Shown: positions 25,890-35,688, counted from the first letter of the stretch. The stretch: DNA of 44,413 bases from Victivallaceae bacterium (GCA_021647315.1 JAKIUY010000025.1:1-44413), one strand, 5' to 3'. A program made the numbers and translations. The notes: generated by a model from the sequence alone, not told the origin.

Positions 25890-25921
25890 GTCTACAGCTG
25901 ACTCCCCAAAAATGTTAAATG

Positions 25922-27160
25922 CTAGTCGCTGTCACTGTTAACCGTCCCGTCTTTGGTGTCGAATGATGGTTCGGCACTTAGTACGCAGAGAATTTCGCTG
26001 CTGACTGGGGGGCATCCTTTGACGTAGATACCGCGATCACGATGGCGCACGGTGCAGTTGCCAATGCATAAAGTGCCGAGTGGAATCTTTTTATGCCCTT
26101 TGCCGATGGCTATGTGGACATTTTCAGTTTCAAAATAGTCAAATATCTTTTCACCATAACGTTTCAGGAACAGTAACAGGGTGGATTGACAGGCACTGCA
26201 TGAATTTTCATCCAGTACTGTAATGTTGGGAAAGTTAATTGCCATATTGCTTGGCGGTGGAGCAAAAGGAACGGCAAATTCCTGCCAATTATCCGGCGAA
26301 ACAGTAATTTTATCCAGATCAATCACTCCGTAACCGCGAGCTGCGGCTAGATAAAGATGGGGAACTGCTTCGGCTTTGGTACTCATTAGTCGACAGGCGA
26401 CAGCATCGGTGGCAAATGGATCTGCGCCAACAACTATCACACCAAGTTGTTTAGCATCACCGGCACTCGGCCCCATACCTTCCATGCCGACGGTACCGTC
26501 AATAATGGAGAGGTGGGGACGGAGAATATCTGACATATCGGCAATGGCGATATTGATCGGTTTTTCATCGTAGCCTTCGACCGGTGGCAGCATGTGCAGT
26601 TGAACTTTTGTTCGACGCCACAAACCGCCTTTCATATTCTTTATTGCCAGCGTTACGCCGGTATGCATGTGCATTTTCATCACCGGAATAGAGACAATGA
26701 TGTCATATTCAAATATTTCAGGACAGACAAACAGCCGGTTGATGGCAAGGCCATCCGGTACCGCGACCTGAACCGGATGATTAACATCCATATCAATTAA
26801 AGGACAGTTGCGTTCTCTGGCGACTGCGGCAATACCGGTCGCTTCGAATGCTTCAAGGGTATTAATGCCGGAAATCGGACTTTCGCCGATAGCAACTTCC
26901 GCACCAGCGGCATTAAAGGCATCAATCGCGGCCGCGACCACCTGGGGATCTGTTGTTACCGCCGCGCCGGGAGCGGCTAGCCGTCCGGCATTAGGTTTGA
27001 GCAGAACACGTTTACCCCGCACCGGGCTCAGATCAATATTAGCTAATGCCGCCATGGTATTGGCGTAGGCACCCTGTCCATTGGCAACCCATACTTCCGG
27101 CTTGCCAGTATCCTTTATAAACGGACTGGGTGATAATTTTTTTATCGTTTTAGTTGTCAC
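25922..27160 (-). CDS. DUF362-family protein with a Cys-rich C-terminus
   Basis: RVLLKPNAGR..TTDPQVVAAAIDAFNAAGAEVAIGESP is the DUF362 N-terminal pattern. C-terminal CSACQS...CIGNCT...GCPP cysteines. Confidence 0.55.
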   Translation of the reverse strand: MTTKTIKKLSPSPFIKDTGKPEVWVANGQGAYANTMAALANIDLSPVRGKRVLLKPNAGRLAAPGAAVTTDPQVVAAAIDAFNAAGAEVAIGESPISGINTLEAFEATGIAAVARERNCPLIDMDVNHPVQVAVPDGLAINRLFVCPEIFEYDIIVSIPVMKMHMHTGVTLAIKNMKGGLWRRTKVQLHMLPPVEGYDEKPINIAIADMSDILRPHLSIIDGTVGMEGMGPSAGDAKQLGVIVVGADPFATDAVACRLMSTKAEAVPHLYLAAARGYGVIDLDKITVSPDNWQEFAVPFAPPPSNMAINFPNITVLDENSCSACQSTLLLFLKRYGEKIFDYFETENVHIAIGKGHKKIPLGTLCIGNCTVRHRDRGIYVKGCPPVSSEILCVLSAEPSFDTKDGTVNSDSD

Positions 27161-27355
27161 AATATTTCCAGTTTTTTCAATTATGCCTTAGAGAATGATT
27201 TTTTATTTTTATTAATGTATAGTTGACTGGTGAATGTTCAATCTGTATTACAGTATTTTTTATATAAGCAAATTTTAAATTTGCTTTTTCGTAAAACCTA
27301 GTTATATTAAAACCAACTGTTTAGTTTCTTTTTAAAGAATTAAGTAAAAGGTGAA

Positions 27356-28390
27356 GTGATGAAAATTCCTGTGATTGAGAATGAAATAGAGCTCGATGAA
27401 CTGCTGTCGCAGCCCGATGCTGCTGCGATCGCAATGATACGTCGACTTGAAGGGGATATTATTATCCTCGGTATTGGTGGCAAAATGGGGATGACTCTTG
27501 GACGGCTGGCGGTCAATGCAATCAAAGCTGCCGGAGTGAAAAAACGGGTAGTCGGGGTATCGCGGTTCAGTAACCCGGATGCCCGTGCTCAGTTGGACGC
27601 ATGGGGTATTGAAACAATCAGCTGTGATTTGCTTGACCGTGATGCGGTTGATGCATTGCCTGACGTGGCGAATGTGATTTTCATGGCGGGTCGTAAGTTT
27701 GGTACCGGAGGATCTGAAGAGCTGACCTGGGTAATGAATACTTTGGTGCCGGGGAATGTTGGCATGAAATTTAAAAACAGCCGTATTGTAGTTTTTTCTA
27801 CCGGTTGTGTTTATCCGTTGGTTGAGGTTGAGAGTGGTGGGTGCAGTGAATTGACGCCGGTTGCTCCGACAGGCGAATATGCTCAGTCATGTCTGGGACG
27901 TGAACGGGTTTTTGAATATTACGCGAAAATTTTTAAGACACCGGTAACCTTGTTCAGGCTTAATTATGCCATTGATCTGCGTTATGGTGTTCTGCATGAT
28001 ATTGCGAGTCAGATATGGCATGGTGAACCGGTAAATAACAGTGTCGGACAGTTTAACCTGATCTGGCAGGGTGATGCTAATCGGCGGGCGTTGCTCTGTC
28101 TTGAACATTGTGAATCTCCCGCGTCAATAATGAATATTACCGGTCCGGAAACGGTAACGGTCAGTTATGTGGCTGAAGCATTCGGCAAAATTATGAATAA
28201 GTCGGTTAACTATTCAGGCGAAGCCGGGAAACGCTGTTACCTTAATAATGCAGCAAAATCATTTGCTGAGTTTGGCTATCCTTCTGTTTCGATTGACGAA
28301 ATGATCAATGCTCAGGCTCAATGGATAATGGTGGATAATCGTTCACTCGGCAAGCCGACTCATTTTGAAGTAAATAACGGGAAGTTTTGA
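27356..28390 (+). CDS. NAD-dependent epimerase/dehydratase family protein (extended SDR)
   Basis: Glycine-rich IIILGIGGKMG dinucleotide-binding motif. 344 aa. The family call is tentative. Confidence 0.45.
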   Translation: MMKIPVIENEIELDELLSQPDAAAIAMIRRLEGDIIILGIGGKMGMTLGRLAVNAIKAAGVKKRVVGVSRFSNPDARAQLDAWGIETISCDLLDRDAVDALPDVANVIFMAGRKFGTGGSEELTWVMNTLVPGNVGMKFKNSRIVVFSTGCVYPLVEVESGGCSELTPVAPTGEYAQSCLGRERVFEYYAKIFKTPVTLFRLNYAIDLRYGVLHDIASQIWHGEPVNNSVGQFNLIWQGDANRRALLCLEHCESPASIMNITGPETVTVSYVAEAFGKIMNKSVNYSGEAGKRCYLNNAAKSFAEFGYPSVSIDEMINAQAQWIMVDNRSLGKPTHFEVNNGKF

Positions 28391-28425
28391 TCGAGTTGAC
28401 GCGGTGGACTGGGTGGACGTGAAAA

Positions 28426-29529
28426 ATGGCAATTAAACGATGGAGAATTATGATGAAGATATCTGATATACCTAGTAGTATTTTGGAGGATTTCAGACGT
28501 GGTATGGTGATCCCGGCAATGCCGTTGGCGTTGGACGAACAACGTAATTTCTTAAAACAGAATCAGCGTGCACTGGCGCGTTATTATATTGATGCGGGGG
28601 CAGGGGGGATTGCGGTCGGGGTTCATTCAACCCAGTTTGAAATTCGTGATCCTGAAATAAACCTTTTTGAACCGGTATTGTCATCAACGTCGCAATATAT
28701 TGATGAATGGTGCGCGGAAACTGGGCGTGAGATTTTGAAAGTTGCCGGAGTATGTGGCAAAACAGCACAAGCGATAGCGGAAGCACAGTTTGCGGTGGCT
28801 AATGGCTACCATGCCTGTTTGCTGAGTATGTCGGCGTTTAAAGCTGACAGTGAAGCCGCGATGCTGGAACATTGCCGGGCGCTCGCAGATGTCATTCCGG
28901 TAATCGGCTTTTATCTGCAGCCAAGTGTTGGAGGTCGTATTCTTAAATATTCATTTTGGCGTGAATTCGCTAAAATTGAAAATATACTGGCAATAAAAAT
29001 GGCGCCGTTTAATCGTTATCAGACTCTGGATGTGGTCAGAGCATTGGCTGATTCCGGTCATGCTGACCACATAATGCTTTATACCGGCAATGATGATAAT
29101 ATAATCATTGATTTGCTGAGTGAATATAAAATTCAGACCGTTGGCGGTGAAAAAAAATTGCGGATTAGAGGTGGTTTGCTTGGGCATTGGTGTGTGTGGA
29201 CCAAGCGGGCAGTTGAGTTATTGAATGAAATTCATGAACTATTGGATTCCGGTGATGAAATACCGGCAGAAATGCTTTCGCGCAATATCGCGGTTACTGA
29301 CAGTAATGCTGCACTGTTTGACCCGGAGAATGATTTTGCCGGCTGTATTCCCGGTATTCATGAAGTATTGCGGCGGCAGGGACTGTTACCGGGTACCTGG
29401 TGTCTCAATCTAAATGAGGTATTGTCGCCTGGTCAGTCGGAGGAGCTTGATCGGGTCTATAATAGTTACCCCAAGCTTAATGATGATGAATTTGTCAAGA
29501 CGAACTTGCCGAGGTGGATGGCTGAGTGA
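28426..29529 (+). CDS. Dihydrodipicolinate synthase / N-acetylneuraminate lyase (DapA) family protein
   Basis: VIPAMPLALDEQRNFLKQNQRALARYYIDAGAGGIAVGVHSTQFE is a TIM-barrel class I aldolase DapA-like N-terminus. The true start is probably the second ATG (MMKIS) after a GGAG. Confidence 0.6.
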   Translation: MAIKRWRIMMKISDIPSSILEDFRRGMVIPAMPLALDEQRNFLKQNQRALARYYIDAGAGGIAVGVHSTQFEIRDPEINLFEPVLSSTSQYIDEWCAETGREILKVAGVCGKTAQAIAEAQFAVANGYHACLLSMSAFKADSEAAMLEHCRALADVIPVIGFYLQPSVGGRILKYSFWREFAKIENILAIKMAPFNRYQTLDVVRALADSGHADHIMLYTGNDDNIIIDLLSEYKIQTVGGEKKLRIRGGLLGHWCVWTKRAVELLNEIHELLDSGDEIPAEMLSRNIAVTDSNAALFDPENDFAGCIPGIHEVLRRQGLLPGTWCLNLNEVLSPGQSEELDRVYNSYPKLNDDEFVKTNLPRWMAE

Positions 29530-29560
29530 GTGGACTGGGTGAATCGAGATGATCGAGTGG

Positions 29561-29650
29561 ACTGATGGGACTGATGGGACTGATGGGACTGATGGGACTG
29601 ATGGGACTGATGGGACTGATGGGACTGATGGGACTGATGGGACTGATGGT
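29561..29650. repeat. Perfect tandem array of the 9-bp unit ACTGATGGG (9 exact copies plus 1 variant)
   Basis: Read directly. It lies just downstream of the DapA-like stop codon and 170 nt upstream of the TetR gene. Related GTGGACTGGGTG direct repeats sit at 28404-28415 and 29530-29541. Confidence 0.9.
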
Positions 29651-29822
29651 GGGCGGTAATCTGCTTTGTAGCGATGTCAGTTACTGGTACTTTTTTTTGA
29701 TTCGGTGGCTTGCCATCACATAGGTCTCATTTGCCTCATTAGACCCATTCTTTCAGTGGCTTTACAGAACGACTCTATCGGGTCAGAACGCAAAACAGGA
29801 ATGAAAACAGGGGATAAACTTC

Positions 29823-30422
29823 ATGCAGGAACGTGCTAAAAAAACTCGTGAATTAATCATGTCAACCGCACTTGCGATGTTTGCTGAGAAAGGATTTCAC
29901 GGGACAAAAGTTGATGCTATTGCCACGGCGGCAAAGGTCAATAAACAGCGGATCTATGCCTACTTCGGCAGTAAGAGTGGACTGTTTGAACAGTGTTTGG
30001 TGACGGTGTTTGCTGAAGTTAACCGTTTTGAACGCGAAACACTGGGCCTGAATATTGATAATATTTTCTGTTTAAGTGAGGTTCTGTTGCGTGAATATAT
30101 GGATTTGCATGACAAATATCCGCAGTTTCAACGCATGTTGACTTGGGCAAATCTTGAAGGAACAGAATTTGTCGATAAACTACTGGATATTAAAAGTGAG
30201 AATTTTAAAAAGGTCAGAGTGTTTTTTGTCGCAGCACAGCAAAATGGTTTTGTTCGGCAGGATATTATTTTTGAAACCTATATATTTAATATTATGGCTG
30301 CAGCCTGGTTTTATCATTCAAACCGCTTAACTCTATCCCGTACTTTATCCGATAAACTGTTCACGGTAGATGGGCGTGAACAGTTCATACGTGAAGCAGC
30401 AAATCAGTTGAGTGGTATATAG
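29823..30422 (+). CDS. TetR/AcrR-family transcriptional regulator
   Basis: N-terminal HTH TRELIMSTALAMFAEKGFHGTKVDAIATAAKVNKQRIYAYFGSKSGLFEQC. Confidence 0.8.
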   Translation: MQERAKKTRELIMSTALAMFAEKGFHGTKVDAIATAAKVNKQRIYAYFGSKSGLFEQCLVTVFAEVNRFERETLGLNIDNIFCLSEVLLREYMDLHDKYPQFQRMLTWANLEGTEFVDKLLDIKSENFKKVRVFFVAAQQNGFVRQDIIFETYIFNIMAAAWFYHSNRLTLSRTLSDKLFTVDGREQFIREAANQLSGI

Positions 30423-30449
30423 AATACCCTGTACTCTGTGGCTGTTGGT

Positions 30450-31742
30450 CTATTCAATAATAACCTTGCGGATATTTTTCTTGCCGGCTTTGAGGACGGC
30501 AAACCCCTCTTGGAAGTCGGCAGTTGTGATATTTGCTTTAATATCAGTTATGCGTTGGTCATTGATGTAGGCACCCCCGCCCTGGATTAAACGCCTGGCA
30601 TCACTGTTTGATTTGCATAGTCCTGACAGCGAGAACAGTTTGGCAACCCAGATTCCTTCTTCGGTAAATTCACTTGCCGGAATGGTGGCGGTTGGCAGAT
30701 TATCTGCGGCAGCACTGCTGTCTGCTTTTATTTTTGAGATTGAACTTGAGGTCGCAATTTTACCCTCTTTATCGGCAAAGCCGAATTTACTGCCGGCTGC
30801 CAGATAGGCTTTGGTTGCTTCAGCTTCTCCATGAGCCAGTTTTGTTGCTTCAAATGCCAGGATTTCTTTGGCACGATTGATTGCAGGAGCTTCCAGTTGG
30901 CCCAGTTCTGCAATTTCTGCGACTGGGAGCTCGGTGAACAACCCAAGTAGACGTTTGACATCAGTATCTTCACTATTACGCCAGAACTGATAGTAATCAA
31001 AGACTGAGGTGCGTGATCTGTCAAGCCAGACGCCTTCGCCACCGGCAGTTTTGCCGAATTTTTCACCGCTGCTGTTGAGCAGTAACGGGAAGGTGAGGGC
31101 GAATACTTCATTGCGTGACATTCTTCTGACAAGTTCTGTGCCGGCAACGATATTACCCCATTGATCCTGACCGCCAAACTGCATCTTGCAATCCAGGTCA
31201 CGGTTGAGGATATAAAAATCATAGGCCTGAAGAATTGAATAGTTAAATTCAAGAAAAGATAGCCCGGTTTCGAGGCGCATTTTTACCGATTCAGCTGACA
31301 GCATGCGGTTGACACTGAATTTACTGCCGACATCCCGCAGGAAATCAATATATTTGATACCTTCAAACCAGTCGATATTATTAACAAATTCAGCATTTTC
31401 AGGCGAGATAAAACGGCAAATTTGCTGCTTGAGTGCTTCGGCATTAGCTGCAACTTCTGCTTTACTTATAATAGGCCGGGATGTCTGTTTGCCGGACGGG
31501 TCACCAATCAGGGCGGTAGCGCCGCCAACTAGAACAATTGGTAAATGCCCGGCTTTTTGCAATAACCGCATTCCCATAATTGGCAACAGGTGTCCGACAT
31601 GAAGCGAACTTCCGGTTGGATCAAAGCCGACATAAAAAGAGATTTTTTCAGTTGCCAGGGTTTTATTGATGTTTTCACTGTCGGTAGCCTGATAGATAAA
31701 GCCACGTGCCTCAAGTTCACTGTAGGCGTTGTTGTTTGTCAT
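30450..31742 (-). CDS. tyrS: Tyrosine--tRNA ligase
   Basis: HIGH motif (PTGSSLHVGHL) and KMSKS motif (KFGKT). C-terminal S4 domain. Confidence 0.95.
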   Translation of the reverse strand: MTNNNAYSELEARGFIYQATDSENINKTLATEKISFYVGFDPTGSSLHVGHLLPIMGMRLLQKAGHLPIVLVGGATALIGDPSGKQTSRPIISKAEVAANAEALKQQICRFISPENAEFVNNIDWFEGIKYIDFLRDVGSKFSVNRMLSAESVKMRLETGLSFLEFNYSILQAYDFYILNRDLDCKMQFGGQDQWGNIVAGTELVRRMSRNEVFALTFPLLLNSSGEKFGKTAGGEGVWLDRSRTSVFDYYQFWRNSEDTDVKRLLGLFTELPVAEIAELGQLEAPAINRAKEILAFEATKLAHGEAEATKAYLAAGSKFGFADKEGKIATSSSISKIKADSSAAADNLPTATIPASEFTEEGIWVAKLFSLSGLCKSNSDARRLIQGGGAYINDQRITDIKANITTADFQEGFAVLKAGKKNIRKVIIE

Positions 31743-31891
31743 ATTTTATATTCCATTTTATAATTATTTTCGTGCAAACCATAAAGTGTACACGGTTAGT
31801 TTTGCAACCTATAATCTAGCGGAATAAACGGAATAATCAAACGGTTGTATCAGTTTCGATGAAACTGATATATTATAAGATGGAGATAACT

Positions 31892-32299
31892 CTATGCCGG
31901 CTGTTTGGCATCATCTAGAATGTTACGGATTGCCTGAGCCATTTCTGACAGACGATGTGGTTTGGCCAAGAAGCCTCTTGCTCCCTTGTCCAATAGATCT
32001 TTGACCTCTTCTTCAGAGACATAGCCACTGGACAGCAGAATGTTTGCATAAGGGTCAATCTCTTTGATTTTGTAAAAGGTCTGATGACCACCCTGTTTAG
32101 GCATAACCATATCAAGCAGTACCAAATCAATTTCAGACGGATTGTCTTCATAGATCTGAACCGCATCAAGACCGTTTTCTGCCAGCAGAACGGAATAACC
32201 CAATTCCTGCAAAGCGTCAATCAGGAAATCCCAAATTGTTTCCTGATCATCAACAATTAATATAGTTTCGCTGCCTGTCGGCAATGCTTTAGCTGTCAT
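31892..32299 (-). CDS. Stand-alone response-regulator receiver (CheY-like) domain protein
   Basis: ILIVDDQETIWDF..VLLDMVMPKQGG..LLSSGY. Confidence 0.85.
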   Translation of the reverse strand: MTAKALPTGSETILIVDDQETIWDFLIDALQELGYSVLLAENGLDAVQIYEDNPSEIDLVLLDMVMPKQGGHQTFYKIKEIDPYANILLSSGYVSEEEVKDLLDKGARGFLAKPHRLSEMAQAIRNILDDAKQPA

Positions 32300-32418
32300 T
32301 TTTAACTCCAGTCATTCAACTAACCTAAATAGATATTCAATCAATCTTCCTGTATTGAGTATAGCAAAAGAAGAGTAAAAAAGCAAGTAAAAATAACAAA
32401 ACTCTTCAGATACTTTTT

Positions 32419-32460
32419 CAGTTGCGGAGTTTGAAGCGGTAATCTGCCTTCAGGTGCCAC
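32419..32460 (+). repeat. Family-B repeat, partial copy (right half only), a 42-nt exact duplicate of 32529-32570
   Basis: CAGTTGCGGAGTTTGAAGCGGTAATCTGCCTTCAGGTGCCAC is identical in both places. Confidence 0.6.
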
Positions 32461-32510
32461 TTGTTTTGTAATATCCTGTTATTTTTTGGCAGAATATTTG
32501 ATTTCTTACT

Positions 32511-32586
32511 CCGCTTCCGTAGCAACGCAGTTGCGGAGTTTGAAGCGGTAATCTGCCTTCAGGTGCCACCTGATTAGGAGATTATG
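32511..32586 (+). repeat. Family-B structured repeat, copy 3 (CCGCTTC-cgta-GCAAC-gca-GTTGC-ggag-ttt-GAAGCGG ... GGTGCCACCTGATTAGGAGATT-ATG)
   Basis: The inner stem GCAAC/GTTGC is compensatory relative to GCGAC/GTCGC in copy 1. The 3' end carries an RBS-like AGGAG and an ATG, but here it overlaps the stop codon of the opposite-strand dus gene. Confidence 0.5.
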
Positions 32587-33583
32587 GTTGCAGACGACGT
32601 TCGGCATCTGGATATTTTTTCAGCCAACTCCAATAACGTTGCCCCGGCTTTGCTTCAGCCACCAGTTGCATGAAATTATTAAAATCATCAACTGTTTTCA
32701 AAAATGAAACCTGAGCTTTCAGAGTGCCGTTGAAACCTCGCCCTTTCAGGTAATCAAGAATGATTTTTCTGGATACTTTCATCGCCAGTTCTTCTCCGTA
32801 AAAAACGACCATCTCCAACACATGGCATTGCAATTCTTCCAGTAGTTCATTAACGGCCGGCGGTCTATAATTTTCAGGTGAACTGAGTTCCTGGAATAAC
32901 CATGGATTGCCCATGGCACCGCGTGCGACCATTACGGTATCACAACCGCTTTTTTCGCGCATTTCATTACATGAGAGGTGACTCGTGACATTGCCATTGC
33001 CGATAATTTGAATATTGCATGTTTCACGTACTGCGGCAATTACATGATAATGAACCGAGCCGGCATAGAAATGTCTTCGTATACGGCCATGAATGGTTAT
33101 AGCCTGTGCGCCGGCATCTACCAATTTTTTTACCAGTGTAATTGTCGGAGTTGGATCATTTTCATCCTGAATTCTTATTTTTGCGGTAACCGGGAATTTA
33201 GATTTCCGGGCAATAAGTTCCATTAATTGAGCTGCTTTGTCACAATCTTGTCCCAATACGGCACCTGCGCCTTTACGGGCAACCTTCGGTGCCGGACAGC
33301 CAAGATTGAAATCAAGAACATCAAAATTATGCCGGTTTAATATATCCAGAGCTTTGTCAATTCTATCAGCATGGCAGCCGACCAGTTGCACCCCAAGCCA
33401 GCTGTCAGCGGGGGAACGTCGCAGCATAATTTCAGTGCGTTCACTGCCGTAAGCCAGTGAGCTGGCATCAACCATTTCAGTAAATGCGAATGTACAGCCG
33501 TGCCGCCAAGCTGAGTTGCGATATGGCATATCGGTAAAGCCTGATAAAGGTGCCAGAATAATACTGTTCTTCGGGTAAATCAT
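32582..33583 (-). CDS. tRNA-dihydrouridine synthase (Dus family, DusB-like)
   Basis: IILAPLSGFTDMPYRNSAWRHGCTFAFTEMV and a TIM-barrel FMN pattern. Preceded by the family-D leader. Confidence 0.85.
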   Translation of the reverse strand: MIYPKNSIILAPLSGFTDMPYRNSAWRHGCTFAFTEMVDASSLAYGSERTEIMLRRSPADSWLGVQLVGCHADRIDKALDILNRHNFDVLDFNLGCPAPKVARKGAGAVLGQDCDKAAQLMELIARKSKFPVTAKIRIQDENDPTPTITLVKKLVDAGAQAITIHGRIRRHFYAGSVHYHVIAAVRETCNIQIIGNGNVTSHLSCNEMREKSGCDTVMVARGAMGNPWLFQELSSPENYRPPAVNELLEELQCHVLEMVVFYGEELAMKVSRKIILDYLKGRGFNGTLKAQVSFLKTVDDFNNFMQLVAEAKPGQRYWSWLKKYPDAERRLQP

Positions 33584-33690
33584 AAGTTGCTGAACTTTTC
33601 CTGTTTTTTAAAGAACTACTAAACTATCATTTAATTTACTATTCCAATTTAACTCCTGCAATCTCACATGACAAAAAACAGGAAAAATTA
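33584..33690 (-). promoter_or_regulatory. Family-D conserved 5' region, copy D3, upstream of dus
   Basis: Reverse complement reads AATTTTTCCTGTTTTTTG..TGAGATTGCAGGAG..(17 nt)..TAAATT....TTAAAAAACAGGAAAAGTTCAGCAACTT-ATG. Confidence 0.45.
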
Positions 33691-33751
33691 CCGGTTCCTG
33701 AAATCCTGCTTGAATTACGTATGCAGTACAAACCGGGGTCAAATGGGAAGC

Positions 33752-34990
33752 TTAAGCTAAGTCGGTTACAAGATGTTTAAAATGTTCGCCGCGTTGCCGG
33801 TAGTTTTCAAAACAGTCCATGCTTGCACAGCCGGGCGAGAGCAGGATAATATCACCCGGCTGAGCCTCATTACAGGCAGTTTCAACTGCATTATCGAAAT
33901 CAGCGATAACCGTTCTTTTTACCATGCTGTCAAGTGCAGAGGATGTCTTATCCCGGCATGCTCCGGTAATGTAAGCTTTCTTCAACATGCCCGCAATTAT
34001 GTTGAGTTCAGAAAAATCCATTGCTTTATCCAGACCACCAAGAATTATTCTGATATTTCCGCTCTTATGCAGAGTAGTTACTGCGGCAATCACCGCTGCG
34101 GGATTGGTTGCCTTTGAATCATCAATATAGCGGATGCCATTTCTACATAGAAACTGATCCAGTCGATGAGCACCGGGAGTAAAAGATTTTATTGCTGTGA
34201 TAAGCTCAACTGATTGCATTTTTTCTTCAGGCACTATGGTTTTTACCAAACTTAACGCCACTGACAGATTTTCTATATTATGCGAGGCGGATAATGAGGT
34301 CATTGCTGGATCAATTATTGGCGGCAGCGGTTTGGCACAGCTGGCTTTCAGTGCATCCGATAGTAGTGGATTGTTAATCAATGATGTGCCGATAATACGT
34401 CTTTCGGGAAGGCTGATATTATCGAATATTTTCAGTTTAGTTTTCAGATATTTATCAATACTGCCATCATAACGTTCCAGATGGTCCGAGGCTATATTTA
34501 ACAGAGCTGCTGCATGCGGGGCAAATTTATGACATAGTTCAAGCTGAAAAGAGCTTACTTCTACGACGAGGACAGTTTCTGGAGTGGCGGTAATGACGGC
34601 TTCGCTCAATGCCGTGCCAATATTTCCGGCTGGTCGAGCATCAATACCACATGCCTTCAGGAGATGAACGGTAAGTTCAGTTGTCGTCGTTTTGCCGTTA
34701 GTGCCGGTTATTGCCAATATTCTGCATGGTGTATGACGGGTGGCAAATTCTAGTTCACTGACCATTTCAACGCCGGTTGTTATGGCTGCTTGATAAAGCG
34801 AAGATGACGGCGGCAGTCCCGGGCTGACGATAAACATTTCGCTGTCGGAGAAGTTATCTGGAAGTGGATCATGGTCACTTGCTATTATTGTGCAGTTTAT
34901 ATTCAGGCTGCGACAAAGCTTTTCCGCTGCCCTGCCACTGATCCCATACCCGAGAATTGTTACGTTATTGATTAGTTTGCTATTATTCAC
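33752..34990 (-). CDS. murD: UDP-N-acetylmuramoylalanine--D-glutamate ligase
   Basis: ILGYGISGRAA..ITGTNGKTTTTEL..DDSKATN, a Mur ligase. It lies outside any dcw cluster. The start overlaps the upstream prepilin-like gene stop (ATGA). Confidence 0.85.
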   Translation of the reverse strand: MNNSKLINNVTILGYGISGRAAEKLCRSLNINCTIIASDHDPLPDNFSDSEMFIVSPGLPPSSSLYQAAITTGVEMVSELEFATRHTPCRILAITGTNGKTTTTELTVHLLKACGIDARPAGNIGTALSEAVITATPETVLVVEVSSFQLELCHKFAPHAAALLNIASDHLERYDGSIDKYLKTKLKIFDNISLPERRIIGTSLINNPLLSDALKASCAKPLPPIIDPAMTSLSASHNIENLSVALSLVKTIVPEEKMQSVELITAIKSFTPGAHRLDQFLCRNGIRYIDDSKATNPAAVIAAVTTLHKSGNIRIILGGLDKAMDFSELNIIAGMLKKAYITGACRDKTSSALDSMVKRTVIADFDNAVETACNEAQPGDIILLSPGCASMDCFENYRQRGEHFKHLVTDLA

Positions 34991-35688
34991 TTTTGTCTAT
35001 TTCTATCGGCATTGTCCCAGACTTTGTCAATTGATTCCGCTGTTTCGTCAGAGATAAACAGGCCATCTCCGGCGGCGGTAAAACGCTTGCCGCCTGAGGA
35101 ATCGTTATATTCGTTATCGACATGACCATCACTGAACAGAATATTAGTTTTAATAAAACTGTGAGCTATCTCTTCAGTTGTGCCGTCAGTTTTTATCAGG
35201 CTAAAATCCATGACTATGGCTTTACCGCCATTAGAGGGATGGCTGAGGATTTCATTGAAATCATTATCGGTTTCACGATAGAGATAGGCACTTTTCGTTT
35301 CACCGCCAGCTTCCCAGTCTGTAACAACCTGTTTAGGGAGCCGGGGATGATGTAGTAAACAACCGAACATTCGGTACCGGATATTATAATCAGCAGTAAT
35401 AAATGCTGATAAACCCAGCTTTTTACCGGTGGCATCTTTAACTATATTTGAACTTACCCGCTGGTAGCGTGCTCCTATATCATGCGGGGGGATTTTTTCC
35501 TGATTATCGTTGGAGTACAGTGCCATCGCCAGGCTGAACAGTTTTAAATTATTGGCACACTCTGCCTCTTTTGCCCGGTTTCGTGCACTGGTTAATGCCG
35601 GCATGATAATTGCGGCCAGAATGGCAATTATCGATATCACTATTAGCAGTTCGATTAAGGTGAAGCATCTTTTTTTGCCTGTTTTCAT
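34987..35688 (-). CDS. Prepilin-type N-terminal cleavage/methylation domain protein with a DUF1559 / H-X9-DG C-terminus
   Basis: KRCFTLIELLIVISIIAILAAIIMPAL..FSDGHVDNEYNDSSGG. This family is hugely expanded in Lentisphaerota, Planctomycetota and Verrucomicrobiota. Confidence 0.8.
   Translation of the reverse strand: MKTGKKRCFTLIELLIVISIIAILAAIIMPALTSARNRAKEAECANNLKLFSLAMALYSNDNQEKIPPHDIGARYQRVSSNIVKDATGKKLGLSAFITADYNIRYRMFGCLLHHPRLPKQVVTDWEAGGETKSAYLYRETDNDFNEILSHPSNGGKAIVMDFSLIKTDGTTEEIAHSFIKTNILFSDGHVDNEYNDSSGGKRFTAAGDGLFISDETAESIDKVWDNADRNRQK

Noticed and set aside
29561-29650. Tandem repeat array considered as a CRISPR array
   Set aside because: The units are 9 bp and contiguous, with no spacers. 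CRISPR repeats are 24-48 bp and separated by unique spacers. No cas genes are present.
31743-31891. tyrS leader examined for a T-box riboswitch
   Set aside because: No T-box consensus (AATTAGGGTGGNACCGCG) or specifier/antiterminator architecture was seen, only GGAATAA(A/T)C-AACGG short repeats. T-boxes are also not expected outside the Firmicutes-like lineages.
32419-32586. Two near-identical 42-nt segments 68 nt apart, considered as a mini-CRISPR
   Set aside because: There are only two copies, and they belong to the dispersed family-B hairpin element found at three other sites. There is no spacer/repeat periodicity.
32584-32673. Short + strand ORF (about 29 aa) starting at the ATG supplied by family-B copy 3
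   Set aside because: It overlaps the C-terminus of the well-supported dus gene on the opposite strand. The ATG is more likely a passenger of the repeat than a real start.
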